40,922 nucleotides of DNA from an uncultured Mycoplasmatota bacterium (GTDB taxonomy: Bacteria; Bacillota_I; Bacilli_A; RF39; UBA660), in NCBI GenBank assembly GCA_948469065.1, contig CAOKKL010000002.1, positions 1-40,922 of the forward strand, in the 5' to 3' direction. This document shows positions 1 to 8,960 of this stretch, piece by piece. A program made the translations under genes and the position numbers. Numbering within the stretch: the stretch's first letter is position 1; every line of letters starts with the position of its first letter. Under the pieces are notes generated by a model. The model was not told the DNA's origin. It saw only the letters and a program-made list of their open reading frames with translations, and ran no database searches.

Positions 1-295
1 CCACTACTTCTATGTTAAATTGATATTTTACTTTAATATGCTCTTCATTTTTAAAATGAATTTCAATCGTTTGAGGTCCAAGTTTACTTGTATCAATTAT
101 ATTATCTTCTAATAAATTTCCATTTATACTCACTAAAAAATCAGAATATTTTGCTAACTCACGAATTGGAACGGTTAAATCGCTTTTTAATACTACTTCA
201 ATTTTGGCATAACGAACTCGTAAAATTAAAAATATCCCAACAAGTATTAAAAATATAAATATTCCTATACTTATCCAAATTATTTTCTTTTTCAT
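1..295 (-). CDS. membrane-anchored protein, N-terminal 98 codons only (gene runs off the window start)
   Basis: ATG at 295..293 follows an AAAGGA RBS, 24 nt after the HerA-like stop. Hand translation MKKKIIWISIGIFIFLILVGIFLILRVRYAKIEVVLKSD... shows one N-terminal TM helix followed by a soluble region. It is missing from the ORF track because it is truncated. Confidence 0.5.
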   Translation of the reverse strand, partial: MKKKIIWISIGIFIFLILVGIFLILRVRYAKIEVVLKSDLTVPIRELAKYSDFLVSINGNLLEDNIIDTSKLGPQTIEIHFKNEEHIKVKYQFNIEVV

Positions 296-319
296 ATCTT
301 AAATCCTTTCAAAAAAGAC

Positions 320-2164
320 TCATGCAGTAGTACTTTGTGAGTCAATTTCATTTTGTAAATTTATATTATTAATTGTTTCGGCTTGGTCTTGAACGGATTT
401 TTCTTCCTTTTTCTTCACATTCCAACAATTAGAAACATTACAATTGGAACTATAAGGAAGTGGATTTGGTAAATCTAGAGAAACAATCATTGGAATTTTA
501 AATGCACCTCCAAATGCTACACAACTACCTGGTTGTAAAGTTTTTTGCTTTGCAATTACATCTGCAGAAATATTTGGAAGCATTTCTTCAATATATTTTA
601 TATCTTTTGGATGAGTCATTTTAAAGATTAAAAAGTTAGAAACTTGAGCAATCACTGTGTCACTAATTTCCACAGGTCTTTGAGAAATGATTCCTAAAAT
701 AACTCCATATTTTCTTCCTTCTTTGGCAATTCGATCAAAAATATTATATCCAAGTAAAAAAGTATCAAGATCGTGTTGGATATATCGGTGGGCTTCTTCT
801 AAGATTAAATGAAATGGTATACTTGCTCGATTTTTTAAACTTTTTGAGAAATCAAAGAAAATTCGACACATAATTTTAACGATTACTTTAGCATAAATAT
901 CGTCAATATCTTCTAAATTAATATTTATAATCTGGGATTTTTTTCCTTGATTCATTAATAGATTTCCAATAAATTGCTCACTGTTTATATGACCCGCATT
1001 AACAAAATAATTTCCCACTTTGGTATTTAAAATACTAGCTAAACGCACTTTTAGAATAATAGCATCATCGTAAACTTTATTATTATTTTGAAATCCTTCG
1101 CTAATTAAAGTAAATTCCATTGCTTTTTTAAAATCCAATACTCCAAACGAGTAAATAGTAGGTTCTTTTACTTCTTCTAAATCATCGTTTACATGTTTTA
1201 AAATATAATCTGTAATTAAAACACTTTCGCCAAAATTACCATTTGAATCAATTTCAAAGCATTCTGAAAAACTTCTAGAATAACCAAGCCCAGCAATTCT
1301 TGAATCAAAATTAAAATCCGTAGTATGACACACTTCGATGATTGTAAATATTTCATTTTTCTTACTTGCTGTTGTTTGATTACTAAACAAAATTGCAAGT
1401 AAAGCCTTGGCAATCAAATGATTTTTGTATTCTTCTGCTTCTTCATTGTTTTGGCTAAAAATTTTGGCTAGTCGAAGAGTTCGTTCAATAATTGGCAATT
1501 GACTATGATTGTTTGCTTGTAATAATAAGGCCCAATCATCTAAATTTAATAAACTTACTGGTATTTGTAATAAAACATCATCTGGTTCTGTTGGATTGGT
1601 TGTTATAAATTTATAATTGTAATTTGTATTATATTGTTGAATTGAACGAAATGCGTTTTTATATTCTCCAAAAGAGTCAAAAATAACTAAATTAGCATGA
1701 TAGTTAAATACATTTTTATTTCCAAAAATATTTTGAATAATTCTTGCTACTCCACAAGATTTACCACTTCCACTATTTCCAAAGATGGAGAAATGATTGG
1801 AAAAAAAATCATTCACTTTAGGATATATTTGATAATTCCGATAAATTGCACTATGACCAAGTATAAATGATTCACTGGATTCGATTCCTACAATTTCTTT
1901 TAATTCATTTCCACCAATAATGCGTATTTTACTGGATAATAATGGTTTTCGGATGACACCATTTATATATCGATTTTTTGTAAATTCTCCTAAGAAACGA
2001 ATTTTAATTGTTTCTGGATTAATTTCTGTAATTTCTCCTAATATACGTTGTCCAGAATCTTCAAAAACGACATGGACATTCATTAAATCTTGAGTCCCAG
2101 CAGACCCACCTTGATTTTCTACATGTGCGATATTATCGCTTATAAATTTAATTTTACCAAACAT
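320..2164 (-). CDS. HerA-like (DUF87-type) FtsK-superfamily ATPase
   Basis: 614 aa. Walker A is FGNSGSGKSCGV and the Walker B-like motif is FHLILEEAHRYI. The N-terminal region is beta-rich and barrel-like (KIKFISDNIAHVENQ...IKIRFLGEF). Length and motif order fit HerA helicases. Confidence 0.7.
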   Translation of the reverse strand: MFGKIKFISDNIAHVENQGGSAGTQDLMNVHVVFEDSGQRILGEITEINPETIKIRFLGEFTKNRYINGVIRKPLLSSKIRIIGGNELKEIVGIESSESFILGHSAIYRNYQIYPKVNDFFSNHFSIFGNSGSGKSCGVARIIQNIFGNKNVFNYHANLVIFDSFGEYKNAFRSIQQYNTNYNYKFITTNPTEPDDVLLQIPVSLLNLDDWALLLQANNHSQLPIIERTLRLAKIFSQNNEEAEEYKNHLIAKALLAILFSNQTTASKKNEIFTIIEVCHTTDFNFDSRIAGLGYSRSFSECFEIDSNGNFGESVLITDYILKHVNDDLEEVKEPTIYSFGVLDFKKAMEFTLISEGFQNNNKVYDDAIILKVRLASILNTKVGNYFVNAGHINSEQFIGNLLMNQGKKSQIININLEDIDDIYAKVIVKIMCRIFFDFSKSLKNRASIPFHLILEEAHRYIQHDLDTFLLGYNIFDRIAKEGRKYGVILGIISQRPVEISDTVIAQVSNFLIFKMTHPKDIKYIEEMLPNISADVIAKQKTLQPGSCVAFGGAFKIPMIVSLDLPNPLPYSSNCNVSNCWNVKKKEEKSVQDQAETINNINLQNEIDSQSTTA

Positions 2165-2189
2165 AAATAAACCCTTCTTATCTTATAAA

Positions 2190-2198
2190 ATTATAACA
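2190..2198 (-). promoter_or_regulatory. candidate extended -10 promoter (TGTTATAAT) for the HerA-like gene
   Basis: The minus strand reads TGTTATAAT about 26 nt upstream of the ATG. An AAGAAGGG RBS lies between them. Confidence 0.4.
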
Positions 2199-2200
2199 TA

Positions 2201-2226
2201 AGAAAAAGAAAAGACCAAATCTTTTC
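2201..2226 (-). terminator. candidate intrinsic terminator after asnS
   Basis: Minus strand GAAAAGA-TTTGG-TCTTTTC hairpin (7 bp) followed by TTTTTCT, located just downstream of the asnS stop. Confidence 0.45.
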
Positions 2227-2249
2227 CTCTTTCTTTTGTTAAAATAAAT

Positions 2250-3623
2250 TTAAAATTCACAGTTTCTAGGAGTTCTTGGAAAAGGAATTACATCACGAAT
2301 ATTATCTACTCCTGTTAAATAAATTAATAAACGCTCGAATCCCATTCCAAAACCACTATGAACACAAGTTCCGTATTTTCTTAAATTTAAATACCATTCC
2401 ATTTCCTTTGGATCCATTGATAGTTCTTGCATACGAGTTATTAATTTATCATAATCTTCTTCTCTTTGACTACCACCCATTAATTCCCCAACACCAGGAA
2501 TTTCCAAATCTGCGGCTGCTACAGTTTTTCCATCACTATTTTGTTTCATATAAAAGGCTTTAATGTCTTTTGGCCAATTGGTAATAAAAACCGGTCCTTT
2601 AAAATATTCCGTAATATATTTTTCATGTTCTTTGGCAATATCTTCTCCATAAGCAGGTTCAAATTCCCATTTTACATCCGCATTTTTTAAAATGTTGATT
2701 ACTTCTTCATGCGTAATTCTTGTAAATTTACTGTTTACTAAATTTGTTAATTTTTCTATTAATCCTTTTTCTTCAAAGCGGTCTAAAAATTTTAATTCTT
2801 CTTTTGCTTTTTCTAAAACTGTTTGAACGATATATTTTAACATATCTTCTTGAATATCCATGATTCCATTTAGATCACAAAAAGCAACTTCTGGCTCAAT
2901 CATCCAAAATTCAGCGGCATGAGTTTTCGTATTTGAATCTTCTGCACGAAATGTAGGACCAAATGTATAAATTTTAGAAAAAGCCATGGCAAACGTCTCT
3001 CCTTGTAATTGTCCAGAAACAGTCAGTCCCGCTTTTTTTCCAAAAAAATCTTTTTTGTAATCTACTTCTCCTTTTAATTTTTCAAGAGGCAAAGTAGTTA
3101 CTTGAAACATTTCTCCTGCTCCTTCACAATCACTACCTGTGATAAGTGGAGCATGTAAATAAATATAGCCTCTGCTTTGAAAGTATTCATGAATCGCCAT
3201 AGAAGCTAAAGAACGAATACGAAAAACCGCTTGGAATAAGTTAGCTCTAGGTCTTAAATAACCAATGGTTCTAAAAAATTCTTTTGTATGAGGTTTGGGT
3301 TGTAGCGGATAATCATCTGGACAATCTCCTAATAAAGTCACTTTTTTGATTGCTACTTCATAATCTTGTCCTGCTCCACTTGATTCTTGCAATATTCCTA
3401 CTACTTCTATGCTTACTCCATTTTTTAAACTAGAAATTTTTTCAAAATCAGCTATCTCTCTATCATAAACTAGTTGCATATGCAAAAAATCTGTTCCATC
3501 AGAAAAATCAATAAAGCCAAAATCTTTTTGACGACGATGATTTCTGATCCAACCCGAAAGCTTTACTTCTTGATTTAAAAATTCTTCTTTTTTTTCTTTT
3601 AATTCTCTTAAATACATATTCAT
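2250..3623 (-). CDS. asnS: asparagine--tRNA ligase
   Basis: 457 aa. N-terminal OB fold (VKLSGWIRNHRRQKDFGFIDFSDG) and class IIb motifs FRAEDSNTKTHAAEFWMIEPE and GFGMGFERLLIYLTGVDNIRDVIPFPRTP. Confidence 0.93.
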   Translation of the reverse strand: MNMYLRELKEKKEEFLNQEVKLSGWIRNHRRQKDFGFIDFSDGTDFLHMQLVYDREIADFEKISSLKNGVSIEVVGILQESSGAGQDYEVAIKKVTLLGDCPDDYPLQPKPHTKEFFRTIGYLRPRANLFQAVFRIRSLASMAIHEYFQSRGYIYLHAPLITGSDCEGAGEMFQVTTLPLEKLKGEVDYKKDFFGKKAGLTVSGQLQGETFAMAFSKIYTFGPTFRAEDSNTKTHAAEFWMIEPEVAFCDLNGIMDIQEDMLKYIVQTVLEKAKEELKFLDRFEEKGLIEKLTNLVNSKFTRITHEEVINILKNADVKWEFEPAYGEDIAKEHEKYITEYFKGPVFITNWPKDIKAFYMKQNSDGKTVAAADLEIPGVGELMGGSQREEDYDKLITRMQELSMDPKEMEWYLNLRKYGTCVHSGFGMGFERLLIYLTGVDNIRDVIPFPRTPRNCEF

Positions 3624-3692
3624 CTCTCCTATTTTATATTATTTTACATCCAAAATAAATAATTCGCTAAAATATCCTAAACATTTTCTCTT

Positions 3693-5006
3693 TTATGGAT
3701 TCAGTCTAGTTGGACCTCTATAAATAAATGTTGCTTCACGAATATTATCAATTCCTAACAAAAGCATTAATAAACGTTGAATTCCAATGGCAAATCCTCC
3801 ATGAGGCGGCATCCCATATTTGAAAAATTCTAAATAAAAATCTAAACTTTCTAGAGTAATCCCCTTTTCTATAATTTGATTTTTTAAAATATCCAACCGA
3901 TGTTCTCGTTGTGCACCTGTTGTAATTTCAATGCCTCGAAATAATAAATCATAACTGCACGTTTTTCCTTGCTCATTTAGCATATGATAAAATGGTCTGG
4001 CTGCAAAAGGAAATTCTGTGACAAAAATAAATTCTGTTCCAAATTCTTCTTTTGCGTACTTGCATAGTAAATTTTCTTCTTTTCTTTCAAAATCGTCTTC
4101 TTTTTCTCCAATATAATGATATTTTTCTTTTAAAATATTTTTTGCTTCTGAAAAAGAAATTCGTGCGAATGGTTTTTCTAAGTCTGTCAAATGGACTTTA
4201 AACTCTTTTTCAATATTACTTCCAAAGTTTTGATAAATTTTTTGAATGGCAAATTTAAGCCATGCTTCTTCAAAATCCATAATTTCTACATAATTTTGAA
4301 TCCACGATATTTCAATGTCAGCCATATTAATTTCGGTCGCATGATAACTAGTATGGGAATTTTCAGCCCGAAATGCTGGTCCAATTTCAAATACTTTATC
4401 AAATCCAGAAGCCATTGCCATTTGCTTATAAAATTGAGGTGATTGCGATAAATAGGCGGTTTTACCAAAGTATTCTAATGAAAAAGTTTCTGCACCACTT
4501 TCTGCTGCTGCACCACTAATTTTTGGAGAATGGATTTCTAGAAAATGATTTTGTATACAATATTCTCTTAAGCTATGTTCTAATAAAGTTGCGATTTGAA
4601 ATAATAAATGATTATCATTTCTTCTTAAATCTACAAATCGATAATCCAATCTTGTTTCTCTTAAACTGTTATCTTTTTTATTATAGTCAAAAGGCAGTTC
4701 AGAAGCACTTTCACTTGTTATGAAAATTTCATTAGGAATTAATTCCATTCCACTTAATTTTACATTGGGTGCTTCTTTTAAAATACCTTTTACTGTTATA
4801 GTAGATTCTAAAGAAACATTTTCTAAGAGGTCAATAAGCTTTGTATTTTCTGTTGTTTTCTCAATCGTTACTTGAAGTTTTCCAGTGCCATCTCTTAAAA
4901 CCAAAAACATTACATATGGTAGATCTCTTAATTTATCTAGAAATCCTTGAAACTCAATTTCTTTGTTATAATAATTTTTTAACTCTGAAACAAATATTTT
5001 TTTCAT
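3693..5006 (-). CDS. aspS: aspartate--tRNA ligase, short archaeal/type-2 form
   Basis: 437 aa, about 150 aa shorter than the bacterial type and lacking the insertion domain. OB fold at the N-terminus. Motifs FRAENSHTSYHATE and GGFAIGIQRLLMLLLGIDNIREATFIYRGPTRLNP. Confidence 0.85.
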   Translation of the reverse strand: MKKIFVSELKNYYNKEIEFQGFLDKLRDLPYVMFLVLRDGTGKLQVTIEKTTENTKLIDLLENVSLESTITVKGILKEAPNVKLSGMELIPNEIFITSESASELPFDYNKKDNSLRETRLDYRFVDLRRNDNHLLFQIATLLEHSLREYCIQNHFLEIHSPKISGAAAESGAETFSLEYFGKTAYLSQSPQFYKQMAMASGFDKVFEIGPAFRAENSHTSYHATEINMADIEISWIQNYVEIMDFEEAWLKFAIQKIYQNFGSNIEKEFKVHLTDLEKPFARISFSEAKNILKEKYHYIGEKEDDFERKEENLLCKYAKEEFGTEFIFVTEFPFAARPFYHMLNEQGKTCSYDLLFRGIEITTGAQREHRLDILKNQIIEKGITLESLDFYLEFFKYGMPPHGGFAIGIQRLLMLLLGIDNIREATFIYRGPTRLNP

Positions 5007-5554
5007 TTGTCTTTCTCCTTTGTTCTTGCTAATGTTGTGTTTGTAATTGCCTCTACTTCCGATTTTTTTAAATTATAAACGTCAATCATTGCACCAAAAT
5101 ATTCTTGAAAAACTAGAAGAAAATCTTGATATGGTAACACCCCATTTTTGTATTCTTCACATGATTTTTGAAATGATTTCAAACATTCAATTTGCGATTT
5201 TCTTTTTTTGGTTGCAAAACCGGAATATTGCTGTTTTTTTGTTTCGTCAGAATCAAATTGCTTGATAAATTGAGACCAATGATTCATGAAAGAAACTTTA
5301 ACGAAAAGATCATATTCTCCTTGTAAAAATTTTTTTCCAAAATCTTTTTTACTCATTACTTCGGTTGGAATTCCTATGTTCCATAACAATTGTTTTATAA
5401 TAACACTTTGTTTCTCTTTATCTTTTCTTGCTATGGTATTATCGTTCTTACATTCTAAATAATAACGATATAATTTTTTTATCTTATTCAATGTTTCTTT
5501 TTTTTCATCTTTCCATTTTTGTAAACCTTGCATTTTGTTTATCTTTTTTTTCAT
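5003..5554 (-). CDS. hypothetical lysine-rich protein inside the T-box operon
   Basis: 183 aa. GGAGG RBS lies 5 nt before the ATG. Its stop overlaps the aspS start. I recognise no motif. Confidence 0.6.
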   Translation of the reverse strand: MKKKINKMQGLQKWKDEKKETLNKIKKLYRYYLECKNDNTIARKDKEKQSVIIKQLLWNIGIPTEVMSKKDFGKKFLQGEYDLFVKVSFMNHWSQFIKQFDSDETKKQQYSGFATKKRKSQIECLKSFQKSCEEYKNGVLPYQDFLLVFQEYFGAMIDVYNLKKSEVEAITNTTLARTKEKDK

Positions 5555-5562
5555 AATACCTC

Positions 5563-6495
5563 CTAAAAATTTATATCCAAATATTGAATTAAATCCATCT
5601 CTTTTACTGTCTTTTTTTCATTTGTATATAAATCGGTTAAAATAATTTCATTGTTTTCTATTTCTTTTTCTTTTATTGAAATAACATATTTGGTTGGATA
5701 ATACTTTTTAATAAAGCTTTTTTCACAGCGTTCTATGTTTTCTGTTTTAAATCCGTTTAAGCGTAATTCTTGTGTTAAATATAAAGATTTTTCTTTTTCT
5801 AAATTAGTTTGATAAGTAATAACAACATCTAATGTTTTTTCTTCTAACGATAAATTGCCTTGTACTACTTCTAATAAGTTTTCAAAATACCCAAAAAATC
5901 CATAGCAAGGAGTAGTTAAACTACTTAAATTTTCTAATAAAGAGGTCATATTGCCACCTTCTATCAAAAGAATTTTTTCTTCTTTTTCAGTGGTTTTATA
6001 AATTTGAAATACTATATCCTGACAAAAATCGGAATGAAGTTTTTTTTCTTCATAATTAATATCCAAAACATCTAAATCATTATAAATTATGGGACGTAAG
6101 GATTCTAAAACATCCAATTGTATCGTTAAATCACGAAGGCCACAAGCTTCTAAAAACCTAACCGCTAAAGACATTATTTCCGCTAAATAACTTAGATCTT
6201 TTTGCTGAAAAGAGAGAAATCCGTATTCATTTTTCTGCGTTTTCTGATACGTTACTTCATGATAATACATTTTTGTTGGAATTTCTTCTTCATTTAAATG
6301 ATATTCATAGTATCCTCGAATTCTACCCATGATTCCATTTTTGCGAACTATATTTTCATTTTCTTCAAAAATTGCGGAAGCACTATAATCATAGTTATAA
6401 ATTTCAGCAAAAGATGCTAAGATACGAGATAAATATTCGTACTCTTTTGCTAAATGTCCATAAATATCAATTGTCGATGTTATTTTCTTTTTCAT
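5563..6495 (-). CDS. HisRS-like / HisZ-like class II aaRS paralog with degenerate catalytic motifs
   Basis: Start moved to ATG 6495 (MKKKITS), behind an AGGAGG RBS. A motif-2-like stretch KMYYHEVTYQKTQKNEYGFLSFQQ lacks the conserved Arg. A motif-3-like stretch IEGGNMTSLLENL...CYGFFGYFENLL also lacks the Arg. The C-terminal ~100 aa look like an HGTP anticodon-binding domain (VVITYQ...LRLNGFKTE...VISIKEKEIENNEIILTDL). Confidence 0.6.
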   Translation of the reverse strand: MKKKITSTIDIYGHLAKEYEYLSRILASFAEIYNYDYSASAIFEENENIVRKNGIMGRIRGYYEYHLNEEEIPTKMYYHEVTYQKTQKNEYGFLSFQQKDLSYLAEIMSLAVRFLEACGLRDLTIQLDVLESLRPIIYNDLDVLDINYEEKKLHSDFCQDIVFQIYKTTEKEEKILLIEGGNMTSLLENLSSLTTPCYGFFGYFENLLEVVQGNLSLEEKTLDVVITYQTNLEKEKSLYLTQELRLNGFKTENIERCEKSFIKKYYPTKYVISIKEKEIENNEIILTDLYTNEKKTVKEMDLIQYLDINF

Positions 6496-6713
6496 AAGAC
6501 CTCCTAAATAAAAAAATCCCAATAATGTAAGGACGAACCAAAAGTCCGCGGTGCCACCTTACTTTACTAGGTACTCTCAAAAACTTACGGTAACGTCGTA
6601 TTACGGTTTCTAAATCGTTAGAGGTTGTTTTTTTCAAAAAAGAATTCTGGTGTTTTCAGCTTCCCACCATCTCTTCTTAGAATTCTTTTTAGAACTTTCC
6701 TCATTAGAAATAT
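6496..6713 (-). promoter_or_regulatory. T-box leader (tRNA-sensing riboswitch), probable Asn specifier
   Basis: Minus-strand elements found, in order. Stem I base TTTCTAA/TTAGAAA. TGA...GA K-turn region. AGAGA bulge. Distal GGTGGGA loop. 12-bp helix AAAAAGAATTCT/AGAATTCTTTTT. Specifier-loop 3' side GAAAAAAACAA. T-box sequence AAGGTGGCACCGCG (6547..6560). GTAAGG/CCTTAC helix and a T7 run before the RBS. Confidence 0.85.
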
Positions 6714-6719
6714 ATATCT

Positions 6720-6748
6720 ATTGTAATCTTTTTTTTTATAATCGTCAA
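6720..6748 (-). promoter_or_regulatory. sigmaA-type promoter of the T-box operon
   Basis: TTGACG (6748..6743), exactly 17 nt of spacer, then TACAAT (6725..6720), immediately upstream of the T-box stem I. Confidence 0.6.
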
Positions 6749-6765
6749 TTTTTTTTTTAATATCA

Positions 6766-7647
6766 TTATTTTTGAACGGATTCCAAATATGCGATTACTT
6801 CTTGTATTGTTTCAATAAATGATTCATAATTTACTTCAAACCATTTTACATCCATTTGATTGTTAAACCATGTAAATTGTCGTTTGGCATAGTTTCTAGT
6901 ATTTTGTTTACATTCTTCTACAACTTGGTGTAAAGTTTTTTTATTCTCAAAAAAATCATAAAATTCTTTATAACCTATGCCAATCATAAGTGGTTTTGTT
7001 TTTATTCCATTTAAGATAAATGGTTTTACTTCGTCAATTAGAGAAACAAGCATATCATCAAATCGCTTATTGAGACGCTGATATAATAGTTCTCGTTGTG
7101 CAGTTAAACCAATCACTATGACATCATCATAGATCAATTGAAATCCATTTTGACTAATTTCAATTCCTTGATCTAATTTTGAAAGAAGACGAATCATACG
7201 CTGCCGATTTTCTCTATCAAATACAATTCCAGTTTTATATGCCTCGATTCTTTTTTGAAGTTCTTCATTGGAAATATTATGATACAAAGAAGAGACATTT
7301 TCTTTTTCTTCTTGGAACTGATAATCATACAATGCAGCTTTTAAATACATCCCAGTTCCTCCAACAAAAATAGGAACTTTTTTCTTTTTTTTGATCTTTT
7401 CAATGCACTCTCTTGCATCTTTTTGATAGTCAAAAACAGTATAAGGCTCCGTAACATTTTTAATGTTTAATAGATGATGAGGAATATGTTCCATTTCCTC
7501 AGTTGTAATTTTAGCAGTACCCACATCTAAGCCACGATAAATTTGTAAGGAATCGCAATTAATGATTTCCCCATTTATTATTTTGGCTAATTCAATACTT
7601 AACTTTGTTTTCCCAACACCAGTTGGACCTACAATGGCTAAAATCAT
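6766..7647 (-). CDS. miaA: tRNA dimethylallyltransferase
   Basis: 293 aa. N-terminal P-loop ILAIVGPTGVGKTKLSIELA followed by CDSLQIYRGLDVGTAKIT, both typical of MiaA. Confidence 0.93.
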   Translation of the reverse strand: MILAIVGPTGVGKTKLSIELAKIINGEIINCDSLQIYRGLDVGTAKITTEEMEHIPHHLLNIKNVTEPYTVFDYQKDARECIEKIKKKKKVPIFVGGTGMYLKAALYDYQFQEEKENVSSLYHNISNEELQKRIEAYKTGIVFDRENRQRMIRLLSKLDQGIEISQNGFQLIYDDVIVIGLTAQRELLYQRLNKRFDDMLVSLIDEVKPFILNGIKTKPLMIGIGYKEFYDFFENKKTLHQVVEECKQNTRNYAKRQFTWFNNQMDVKWFEVNYESFIETIQEVIAYLESVQK

Positions 7648-7682
7648 TTGCTTTCCTTCTTTCTTATCATTTTAATAAAAAA

Positions 7683-8804
7683 TTATTTTATATTTTTAAA
7701 TGTTTCTTCAAGAAATTTTTGAGTTTGTATTCCTTGGTCGAAATCATAACCAAATGTTTTTTGCTCTAATTGATTTGCTATTTGTTGGAATTTAGTTTCC
7801 ATCATAAAAAACCAAGCCTCTCCTAAAAGAACTTTTCCGATTTCGATAACTACTTTCATATTACAAAACTTAATTCTTGTATAATCTGCAAATTGTTCGT
7901 TAAAAGAATTTGTTGGAAATTTATGAAAATAACTAGAAGGATGAGTTCTTAAAAAACCATTATCATAAATTGATGTATAATAAGGATTATCTCCGGTATA
8001 TATACTATCTATAATACCACAAAGAACTTGATAGATTTGCATTGTTTCATCACTATTACATAATTCTTCAAAATGATGATTTCCCCATTCATTTCGATAT
8101 GATGTCATTATAATATTTTTAATTTGGTTCGTGTTAGAGCTTTTAATTATTTCATCTACTTTGTTTTTTTCATAAAATTGTTCAAGTGTTTTTCGAAGAA
8201 GATTTTGATCAGACAAATTTTTTTCGATAAAAGATTCGATATCTGCTTTATTATATTCCATTATTTTTTCCGTATCTTTTTTGGCTTTTTCATATATGTT
8301 TTCTTGATAATTTCTTGCTTCTTGCAAGAATGATTCTAATTTTTGTGGATTTTTACTCCAACTTTCTTTTATTTCAAAAATAATATGAGAAAATTCTTCT
8401 GGCATATTTATTCCATCGACAATTGTTAATAAAGCATGTCCAAGTTCATGAGCAAAAATTCCTTCATTTCCTCCAATTTCATTTAAAATTGCAACAAAAC
8501 CATTATTCTTTATACGATTAAGATCTAAAAATTTAGAACTACGAGGAGTTAAACTATCTTGCAAGATAATTTTTAAAACAGAATCTATTTTATGAAAATT
8601 TTCTACGATTTTAATCGTTGCAGGATCCCCATTTTTATAACCGGAAATTAAAACATCAACAAATGTTTTTAACGATTTATAATCCATATTTTGAATGTTA
8701 TTTTGAATATATATTTTCATATTTTTTGGAAGCAAACTATAATTTGATATAAATAAATTTCGTTTTGCAACATTTGCTAAATTATTTTTTTCATTCTTTT
8801 CCAT
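7683..8804 (-). CDS. hypothetical cytoplasmic protein with an HExxH (zinc-metallopeptidase-like) motif
   Basis: Start moved to ATG 8804 (MEKNEKNN), behind a GGAGG RBS. It has a single HELGH motif (GIFAHELGHALL) and no signal peptide. Family not recognised. Confidence 0.55.
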   Translation of the reverse strand: MEKNEKNNLANVAKRNLFISNYSLLPKNMKIYIQNNIQNMDYKSLKTFVDVLISGYKNGDPATIKIVENFHKIDSVLKIILQDSLTPRSSKFLDLNRIKNNGFVAILNEIGGNEGIFAHELGHALLTIVDGINMPEEFSHIIFEIKESWSKNPQKLESFLQEARNYQENIYEKAKKDTEKIMEYNKADIESFIEKNLSDQNLLRKTLEQFYEKNKVDEIIKSSNTNQIKNIIMTSYRNEWGNHHFEELCNSDETMQIYQVLCGIIDSIYTGDNPYYTSIYDNGFLRTHPSSYFHKFPTNSFNEQFADYTRIKFCNMKVVIEIGKVLLGEAWFFMMETKFQQIANQLEQKTFGYDFDQGIQTQKFLEETFKNIK

Positions 8805-8928
8805 TATAATGCCTCCATCGTATTTCATCTTTTAGCTTACTTTAAGTATACTATTTTAATAATTATTTGCAAAGAAAAAAGATAAATTTATTTTTCATAA
8901 TATTAATAATGCGTAAATATTACTTTTT

Positions 8929-8937
8929 TGTTATAAT
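8929..8937 (+). promoter_or_regulatory. candidate extended -10 promoter (TGTTATAAT) for the ABC exporter genes
   Basis: TGTTATAAT lies 24 nt upstream of the TTG start at 8961, which has a GAGGTGA RBS. Confidence 0.4.
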
Positions 8938-8960
8938 GTTTATTTATGAGGTGATATAAA

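Noticed and set aside
1216-1413. Many short ORFs in the track are embedded in, or antisense to, long genes. Examples are 1216..1413, 2276..2563, 4191..4442, 4286..4468, 9079..9264, 10366..10563, 17894..18112, 20867..21208, 23763..23978, 36419..36718, 39120..39530 and 39996..40280.
   Set aside because: They lie entirely inside much longer ORFs that have clear family motifs. They lack RBSs and have the low-complexity F/L/I/S-rich composition expected from reading AT-rich DNA out of frame.
5563-6495. The HisRS-like gene could be called hisZ, the histidine-biosynthesis regulatory subunit.
   Set aside because: No his biosynthesis genes are nearby. The T-box signals (AAC specifier, UGGC bulge) do not fit tRNA-His. 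The gene symbol is therefore left empty.
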